From the NCBI GenBank assembly GCA_964057225.1, contig OZ059899.1, positions 2,852,001 through 2,916,000 of the forward strand: a DNA stretch of 64,000 nt. Direction: 5' to 3'. The DNA comes from Auanema rhodensis. Taxonomy: Eukaryota > Animalia > Nematoda. This document shows positions 54,701 through 64,000 of the stretch, in pieces. The notes below the pieces were generated by a model that was given only the letters and a program-made list of their open reading frames with translations, had not been told where the DNA came from and searched no databases. How positions within the stretch are numbered: the first letter of the stretch is position 1; each line of letters begins with the position of its first letter. A program made the position numbers and the translations under genes.

Positions 54701-57700
54701 TTTTTTTCGTTGAATAACATTGTCCATCGTCTTTGCCTTGAAAAATGGAATCTAAAAACATCTACTTTTTGCTAAATTATTTTGAAATTTTTCGAAAAAA
54801 TTTTTGTCAAAATGTTTTTGGAAGCAATGTTGAGTGTACATGGAAACTCAACATACACTAATGCATCATTTTTCAAACGATCATAACTAATTTTTGTATT
54901 AAGTTTTTCTCAATGTAGTATAGTGCATTCGATGCGGATTTTCAAGCTGCGTCGATCTGTGTTATCAGATTTGCGCTAGCTTAAAAATGCACCGAGATAT
55001 CAACTGATATAAGTTCACACTTATATCCTCGATTTTCACCCTGAAGAATTATTTTTTTCGTTGAATAACATTGTCCATCGTCTTTGCCTTGAAAAATGGA
55101 ATCTAAAAACATCTACTTTTTGCTAAATTATTCTGAAATTTTTCAAAAAAATTTTTGTCAAAATGTTTTTGGTAGCAATGTTGAGTGTACATGGAAACTC
55201 AACATACACTAATGCATCATTTTTCAAACGATCATAACTAATTTTTGTATTAAGCGTTTCTCAATGTAGTATAGTGCATTCGATGCGGATTTTTAAGCTG
55301 CGTCGATCTGTGTTATCAGATTTGCGCTAGCTTAAAAATGCACCGAGATATCAACTGATATAAGTTCACACTTATATCCTCGATTTTCACCCTGAAGAAT
55401 TAATTTTCTTGTTGAATAACATTGTCTATCGTCTTTGCCTTGAAAAATGGAATCTAAAAACATCTACTTTTTGCTAAATTATTTTGAAATTTTTGGAAAA
55501 AATTTTTGTCAAAATGTTTTTGGAAGCAATGTTGAGTGTACATGGAAACTCAACATACACTAATGCATCATTTTTCAAACGATCATAACTAATTTTTGTA
55601 TTAAGCGTTTCTCAATGTAGTATAGTGCATTCGATGCGGATTTTTAAGCTGCGTCGATCTGTGTTATCAGATTTGCGCTAGCTTAAAAATGCACCGAGAT
55701 ATCAATTGATATAAGTTCACACTTATATCCTCGATTTTCACCCTGAAGAATTAATTTTTTCGTTGAATAACATTGTCCATCGTCTTTGCCTTGTAAAATG
55801 GAATCTAAAAACATCTACTTTTTGCTAAATTATTCTGAAATTTTTCAAAAAAATTTTTGTCAAAATGTTTTTGGAAGCAATGTTGAGTGTACATGGAAAC
55901 TCAACATACACTAATGCATCATTTTTCAAACGATCATAACTAATTTTTGTATTAAGCGTTTCTCAATGTAGTGTAGTGCATTCGATGCGGATTTTCAAGC
56001 TGCGTCGATCTGTGTTATCAGATTTGCGCTAGCTCAAAAATGCACCGAGATATCAACTGATATAAGTTCACACTTATATCCTCGATTTTCACTCTGAAGA
56101 ATTATTTTTTTCGTTGAATAACATTGTCCATCGTCTTTGCCTTGAAAAATGGAATCTAAAAACATCTACTTTTTGCTAAATTATTCTGAAATTTTTCAAA
56201 AAAATTTTTGTCAAAATGTTTTTGGAAGCAATGTTGAGTGTACATGGAAACTCAACATACACTAATGCATCATTTTTCAAACGATCATAACTAATTTTTG
56301 TATTAAGCGTTTCTCAATGTAGTATAGTGCATTCGATGCGGATTTTTAAGCTGCGTCGATCTGTGTTATCAGATTTGCGCTAGCTTAAAAATGCACCGAG
56401 ATATCAACTGATATAAGTTCACACTTATATCCTCGATTTTCACCCTGAAGAATTATTTTTTTCGTTGAATAACATTGTCCATCGTCTTTGCCTTGTAAAA
56501 TGGAATCTAAAAACATCTACTTTTTGCTAAATTATTTTGAAATTTTTGGAAAAAATTTTTGTCAAAATGTTTTTGGTAGCAATGTTGAGTGTACATGGAA
56601 ACTCAACATACACTAATGCATCATTTTTCAAACGATCATAACTAATTTTTGTATTAAGCGTTTCTCAGTGTAGTATAGTGCATTCGATGCGGATTTTTAA
56701 GCTGCGTCGATCTGTGTTATCAGATTTGCGCTAGCTTAAAAATGCACCGAGATATCAACTGATATAAGTTCACACTTATATCCTCGATTTTCACCCTGAA
56801 GAATTAATTTTCTTGTTGAATAACATTGTCTATCGTCTTTGCCTTGAAAAATGGAATCTAAAAACATCTACTTTTTGCTAAATTATTTTGAAATTTTTGG
56901 AAAAAATTTTTGTCAAAATGTTTTTGGAAGCAATGTTGAGTGTACATGGAAACTCAACATACACTAATGCATCATTTTTCAAACGATCATAACTAATTTT
57001 TGTATTAAGCCTTTCTCAATGTAGTATAGTGCATTCGATGCGGATTTTTAAGCTGCGTCGATCTGTGTTATCAGATTTGCGCTAGCTTAAAAATGCACCG
57101 AGATATCAATTGATATAAGTTCACACTTATATCCTCGATTTTCACCCTGAAGAATTATTTTTTTCGTTGAATAACATTGTCTATCGTCTTTGCCTTGTAA
57201 AATGAAATCTAAAAACATCTACTTTTTGCTAAATTATTTTGAAATTTTTGGAAAAAATTTTTGTCAAAATGTTTTTGGAAGCAATGTTGAGTGTACATGG
57301 AAACTCAACATACACTAATGCATCATTTTTCAAACGATCATAACTAATTTTTGTATTAAGCCTTTCTCAATGTAGTGTAGTGCATTCGATGCGGATTTTC
57401 AAGCTGCGTCGATCTGTGTTATCAGATTTGCGCTAGCTTAAAAATGCACCGAGATATCAACTGATATAAGTTCACACTTATATCCTCGATTTTCACTCTG
57501 AAGAATTATTTTTTTCGTTGAATAACATTGTCTATCGTCTTTGCCTTGAAAAATGGAATTTAAAAACATCTACTTTTTGCTAAATTATTCTGAAATTTTT
57601 CAAAAAAATTTTTGTCAAAATGTTTTTGGAAGCAATGTTGAGTGTACATGGAAACTCAACATACACTAATGCATCATTTTTCAAACGATCATAACTAATT

Positions 57701-60700
57701 TTTGTATTAAGCGTTTCTCAATGTAGTATAGTGCATTCGATGCGGATTTTTAAGCTGCGTCGATCTGTGTTATCAGATTTGCGCTAGCTTAAAAATGCAC
57801 CGAGATATCAACTGATATAAGTTCACACTTATATCCTCGATTTTCACCCTGAAGAATTATTTTTTTCGTTGAATAACATTGTCCATCGTCTTTGCCTTGT
57901 AAAATGGAATCTAAAAACATCTACTTTTTGCTAAATTATTTTGAAATTTTTGGAAAAAATTTTTGTCAAAATGTTTTTGGTAGCAATGTTGAGTGTACAT
58001 GGAAACTCAACATACACTAATGCATCATTTTTCAAACGATCATAACTAATTTTTGTATTAAGCGTTTCTCAGTGTAGTATAGTGCATTCGATGCGGATTT
58101 TTAAGCTGCGTCGATCTGTGTTATCAGATTTGCGCTAGCTTAAAAATGCACCGAGATATCAACTGATATAAGTTCACACTTATATCCTCGATTTTCACCC
58201 TGAAGAATTAATTTTCTTGTTGAATAACATTGTCTATCGTCTTTGCCTTGAAAAATGGAATCTAAAAACATCTACTTTTTGCTAAATTATTTTGAAATTT
58301 TTGGAAAAAATTTTTGTCAAAATGTTTTTGGAAGCAATGTTGAGTGTACATGGAAACTCAACATACACTAATGCATCATTTTTCAAACGATCATAACTAA
58401 TTTTTGTATTAAGCCTTTCTCAATGTAGTATAGTGCATTCGATGCGGATTTTTAAGCTGCGTCGATCTGTGTTATCAGATTTGCGCTAGCTTAAAAATGC
58501 ACCGAGATATCAATTGATATAAGTTCACACTTATATCCTCGATTTTCACCCTGAAGAATTATTTTTTTCGTTGAATAACATTGTCTATCGTCTTTGCCTT
58601 GTAAAATGAAATCTAAAAACATCTACTTTTTGCTAAATTATTTTGAAATTTTTGGAAAAAATTTTTGTCAAAATGTTTTTGGAAGCAATGTTGAGTGTAC
58701 ATGGAAACTCAACATACACTAATGCATCATTTTTCAAACGATCATAACTAATTTTTGTATTAAGCCTTTCTCAATGTAGTGTAGTGCATTCGATGCGGAT
58801 TTTCAAGCTGCGTCGATCTGTGTTATCAGATTTGCGCTAGCTTAAAAATGCACCGAGATATCAACTGATATAAGTTCACACTTATATCCTCGATTTTCAC
58901 TCTGAAGAATTATTTTTTTCGTTGAATAACATTGTCTATCGTCTTTGCCTTGAAAAATGGAATTTAAAAACATCTACTTTTTGCTAAATTATTCTGAAAT
59001 TTTTCAAAAAAATTTTTGTCAAAATGTTTTTGGAAGCAATGTTGAGTGTACATGGAAACTCAACATACACTAATGCATCATTTTTCAAACGATCATAACT
59101 AATTTTTGTATTAAGCGTTTCTCAATGTAGTATAGTGCATTCGATGCGGATTTTTAAGCTGCGTCGATCTGTGTTATCAGATTTGCGCTAGCTTAAAAAT
59201 GCACCGAGATATCAACTGATATAAGTTCACACTTATATCCTCGATTTTCACTCTGAAGAATTATTTTTTTTGTTGAATAACATTGTCCATCGTCTTTGCC
59301 TTGTAAAATGGAATCTAAAAACATCTACTTTTTGCTAAATTATTTTGAAATTTTTCGAAAAAATTTTTGTCAAAATGTTTTTGGAAGCAATGTTGAGTGT
59401 ACATGGAAACTCAACATACACTAATGCATCATTTTTCAAACGATCATAACTAATTTTTGTATTAAGTTTTTCTCAATGTAGTATAGTGCATTCGATGCGG
59501 ATTTTTAAGCTGCGTCGATCTGTGTTATCAGATTTGCGCTAGCTTAAAAATGCACCGAGATATCAACTGATATAAGTTCACAATTATATCCTCGATTTTC
59601 ACCCTGAAGAATTATTTTTTTCGTTGATTAACATTGTCCATCGTATTTGCCTTAAAAAATGGAATCTAAAAACATCTACTTTTTGCTAAATTATTTTGAA
59701 ATTTTTCGAAAAAATTTTTGTCAAAATGTTTTTGGAAGCAATGTTGAGTGTACATGGAAACTCAACATACACTAATGCATCATTTTTCAAACGATCATAA
59801 CTAATTTTTGTATTAAGCCTTTCTCAATGTAGTATAGTGCATTCGATGCGGATTTTTAAGCTGCGTCGATCTGTGTTATCAGATTTGCGCTAGCTTAAAA
59901 ATGCACCGAGATATCAATTGATATAAGTTCACACTTATATCCTCGATTTTCACCCTGAAGAATTATTTTTTTCGTTGAATAACATTGTCCATCGTCTTTG
60001 CCTTGTAAAATGGAATCTAAAAACATCTACTTTTTGCTAAATTATTTTGAACTTTTTGGAAAAAATTTTTGTCAAAATGTTTTTGGAAGCAATGTTGAGT
60101 GTACATGGAAACTCAACATACACTAATGCATCATTTTTCAAACGATCATAACTAATTTTTGTATTAAGCCTTTCTCAATGTAGTATAGTGCATTCGATGC
60201 GGATTTTCAAGCTGCGTCGATCTGTGTTATCAGATTTGCGCTAGCTTAAAAATGCACCGAGATATCAACTGATATAAGTTCACACTTATATCCTCGATTT
60301 TCACCCTGAAGAATTAATTTTCTTGTTGAATAACATTGTCTATCGTCTTTGCCTTGAAAAATGGAATCTAAAAACATCTACTTTTTGCTAAATTATTCTG
60401 AAATTTTTCAAAAAAATTTTTGTCAAAATGTTTTTGGAAGCAATGTTGAGTGTACATGGAAACTCAACATACACTAATGCATCATTTTTCAAACGATCAT
60501 AACTAATTTTTGTATTAAGCCTTTCTCAATGTAGTATAGTGCATTCGATGCGGATTTTTAAGCTGCGTCGATCTGTGTTATCAGATTTGCGCTAGCTTAA
60601 AAATGCACCGAGATATCAATTGATATAAGTTCACACTTATATCCTCGATTTTCACCCTGAAGAATTATTTTTTTCGTTGAATAACATTGTCCATCGTCTT

Positions 60701-63700
60701 TGCCTTGTAAAATGGAATCTAAAAACATCTACTTTTTGCTAAATTATTTTGAACTTTTTGGAAAAAATTTTTGTCAAAATGTTTTTGGAAGCAATGTTGA
60801 GTGTACATGGAAACTCAACATACACTAATGCATCATTTTTCAAACGATCATAACTAATTTTTGTATTAAGCCTTTCTCAATGTAGTATAGTGCATTCGAT
60901 GCGGATTTTCAAGCTGCGTCGATCTGTGTTATCAGATTTGCGCTAGCTTAAAAATGCACCGAGATATCAACTGATATAAGTTCACACTTATATCCTCGAT
61001 TTTCACCCTGAAGAATTAATTTTCTTGTTGAATAACATTGTCTATCGTCTTTGCCTTGAAAAATGGAATCTAAAAACATCTACTTTTTGCTAAATTATTC
61101 TGAAATTTTTCAAAAAAATTTTTGTCAAAATGTTTTTGGAAGCAATGTTGAGTGTACATGGAAACTCAACATACACTAATGCATCATTTTTCAAACGATC
61201 ATAACTAATTTTTGTATTAAGCGTTTCTCAATGTAGTATAGTGCATTCGATGCGGATTTTTAAGCTGCGTCGATCTGTGTTATCAGATTTGCGCTAGCTT
61301 AAAAATGCACCGAGATATCAATTGATATAAGTTCACACTTATATCCTCGATTTTCACCCTGAAGAATTATTTTTTTCGTTGATTAACATTGTCCATCGTC
61401 TTTGCCTTGTAAAATGGAATCTAAAAACATCTACTTTTTGCTAAATTATTTTGAAATTTTTGGAAAAAATTTTTGTCAAAATGTTTTTGGAAGCAATGTT
61501 GAGTGTACATGGAAACTCAACATACACTAATGCATCATTTTTCAAACGATCATAACTAATTTTTGTATTAAGCCTTTCTCAATGTAGTGTAGTGCATTCG
61601 ATGCGGATTTTCAAGCTGCGTCGATCTGTGTTATCAGATTTGCGCTAGCTTAAAAATGCACCGAGATATCAACTGATATAAGTTCACACTTATATCCTCG
61701 ATTTTCACCCTGAAGAATTAATTTTCTTGTTGAATAACATTGTCTATCGTCTTTGCCTTGAAAAATGGAATCTAAAAACATCTACTTTTTGCTAAATTAT
61801 TCTGAAATTTTTCAAAAAAATTTTTGTCAAAATGTTTTTGGAAGCAATGTTGAGTGTACATGGAAACTCAACATACACTAATGCATCATTTTTCAAACGA
61901 TCATAACTAATTTTTGTATTAAGCGTTTCTCAATGTAGTATAGTGCATTCGATGCGGATTTTTAAGCTGCGTCGATCTGTGTTATCAGATTTGCGCTAGC
62001 TTAAAAATGCACCGAGATATCAACTGATATAAGTTCACACTTATATCCTCGATTTTCACTCTGAAGAATTATTTTTTTCGTTGAATAACATTGTCCATCG
62101 TCTTTGCCTTGAAAAATGGAATCTAAAAACATCTACTTTTTGCTAAATTATTTCGAAATTTTTCGAAAAAATTTTTGTCAAAATGTTTTTGGAAGCAATG
62201 TTGAGTGTACATGGAAACTCAACATACACTAATGCATCATTTTTCAAACGATCATAACTAATTTTTGTATTAAGTTTTTCTCAATGTAGTATAGTGCATT
62301 CGATGCGGATTTTTAAGCTGCGTCGATCTGTGTTATCAGATTTGCGCTAGCTTAAAAATGCACCGAGATATCAACTGATATAAGTTCACACTTATATCCT
62401 CGATTTTCACCCTGAAGAATTATTTTTTTCGTTGAATAACATTGTCCATCGTCTTTGCCTTGAAAAATGGAATCTAAAAACATCTACTTTTTGCTAAATT
62501 ATTCTGAAATTTTTCAAAAAAATTTTTGTCAAAATGTTTTTGGTAGCAATGTTGAGTGTACATGGAAACTCAACATACACTAATGCATCATTTTTCAAAC
62601 GATCATAACTAATTTTTGTATTAAGCGTTTCTCCATGTAGTATAGTGCATTCGATGCGGATTTTTAAGCTGCGTCGATCTGTGTTATCAGATTTGCGCTA
62701 GCTTAAAAATGCACCGAGATATCAATTGATATAAGTTCACACTTATATCCTCGATTTTCACCCTGAAGAATTATTTTTTTCGTTGAATAACATTGTCCAT
62801 CGTCTTTGCCTTGTAAAATGGAATCTAAAAACATCTACTTTTTGCTAAATTATTTTGAAATTTTTGGAAAAAATTTTTGTCAAAATGTTTTTGGAAGCAA
62901 TGTTGAGTGTACATGGAAACTCAACATACACTAATGCATCATTTTTCAAACGATCATAACTAATTTTTGTATTAAGCCTTTCTCAATGTAGTATAGTGCA
63001 TTCGATGCGGATTTTCAAGCTGCGTCGATCTGTGTTATCAGATTTGCGCTAGCTTAAAAATGCACCGAGATATCAACTGATATAAGTTCACACTTATATC
63101 CTCGATTTTCACCCTGAAGAATTTATTTTCTTGTTGAATAACATTGTCTATCGTCTTTGCCTTGAAAAATGGAATCTAAAAACATCTACTTTTTGCTAAA
63201 TTATTCTGAAATTTTTCAAAAAAATTTTTGTCAAAATGTTTTTGGAAGCAATGTTGAGTGTACATGGAAACTCAACATACACTAATGCATCATTTTTCAA
63301 ACGATCATAACTAATTTTTGTATTAAGCGTTTCTCAATGTAGTATAGTGCATTCGATGCGGATTTTTAAGCTGCGTCGATCTGTGTTATCAGATTTGCGC
63401 TAGCTTAAAAATGCACCGAGATATCAATTGATATAAGTTCACACTTATATCCTCGATTTTCACCCTGAAGAATTATTTTTTTCGTTGAATAACATTGTCC
63501 ATCGTCTTTGCCTTGTAAAATGGAATCTAAAAACATCTACTTTTTGCTAAATTATTTTGAAATTTTTGGAAAAAATTTTTGTCAAAATGTTTTTGGAAGC
63601 AATGTTGAGTGTACATGGAAACTCAACATACACTAATGCATCATTTTTCAAACGATCATAACTAATTTTTGTATTAAGCCTTTCTCAATGTAGTATAGTG

Positions 63701-64000
63701 CATTCGATGCGGATTTTCAAGCTGCGTCGATCTGTGTTATCAGATTTGCGCTAGCTTAAAAATGCACCGAGATATCAACTGATATAAGTTCACACTTATA
63801 TCCTCGATTTTCACCCTGAAGAATTTATTTTCTTGTTGAATAACATTGTCTATCGTCTTTGCCTTGAAAAATGGAATCTAAAAACATCTACTTTTTGCTA
63901 AATTATTCTGAAATTTTTCAAAAAAATTTTTGTCAAAATGTTTTTGGAAGCAATGTTGAGTGTACATGGAAACTCAACATACACTAATGCATCATTTTTC
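48788..64000. repeat. Satellite subfamily domain C (V/S/T-derived alleles; P/Q/U types essentially absent)
   Basis: The TATCAAG allele is last seen at ~47880. GCGGTAG, AAAAAAGTTT and AAAACGG are not seen in this interval, while V-type alleles are common through to the end. Confidence 0.75.

Larger units (their letters stand above)
1..64000. repeat. Satellite DNA tandem array, 351-bp monomer, ~182.3 head-to-tail copies, running off both window ends
   Basis: AAAACATCTACTTTTTGC starts at 1, 352, 703, ... 3511 (period 351). Phase shifts by -1 after ~5772 and by -2 after ~11036, then holds to the last start at 63881 (=182x351+1-2). Monomer 1 has 111 G+C in 351 bp. No non-repeat sequence seen. Confidence 0.99.

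Noticed and set aside
1-64000. Giant repetitive ORF (351 bp = 117 codons, so frame would be preserved)
   Set aside because: Stops occur in all six frames of the monomer: + strand TAA 19-21, TGA 29-31 (with further stops in that frame where this one is mutated), TAA 105-107; - strand stops at CTA 8-10, CTA 18-20, TCA 94-96.
1-64000. Hidden insertion, inversion or unique island within the array
   Set aside because: Monomer phase arithmetic accounts for the full length apart from two 1-bp deletions, and all copies read in the same orientation.

Overview
The whole 64-kb window is one uninterrupted head-to-tail tandem array of a 351-bp AT-rich monomer. It holds about 182.3 copies; monomer 1 is about 32% GC by hand count, and copies differ at only a few positions. 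This is typical eukaryotic satellite DNA, plausibly centromeric or pericentromeric, though that role is an inference. I found no genes, RNA genes, CRISPR spacers, transposon insertions or orientation switches, and all six reading frames of the monomer contain stops. The informative structure sits at two scales. Inside the monomer there is a chain of inverted repeats, including a ~67-nt near-complete hairpin, and several recurrent variants create perfect palindromes. Across the array there is a sharp subfamily boundary at ~13.7 kb, a loosely ordered ~6-monomer higher-order cycle, many recent local block duplications of 2-5 monomers, one ~11-monomer duplication marked by a 1-bp deletion, and a zone of scrambled mosaic monomers at ~49-59 kb. 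I cannot support a new gene-based biological system here. All variant typing was done by eye, so boundaries are approximate.
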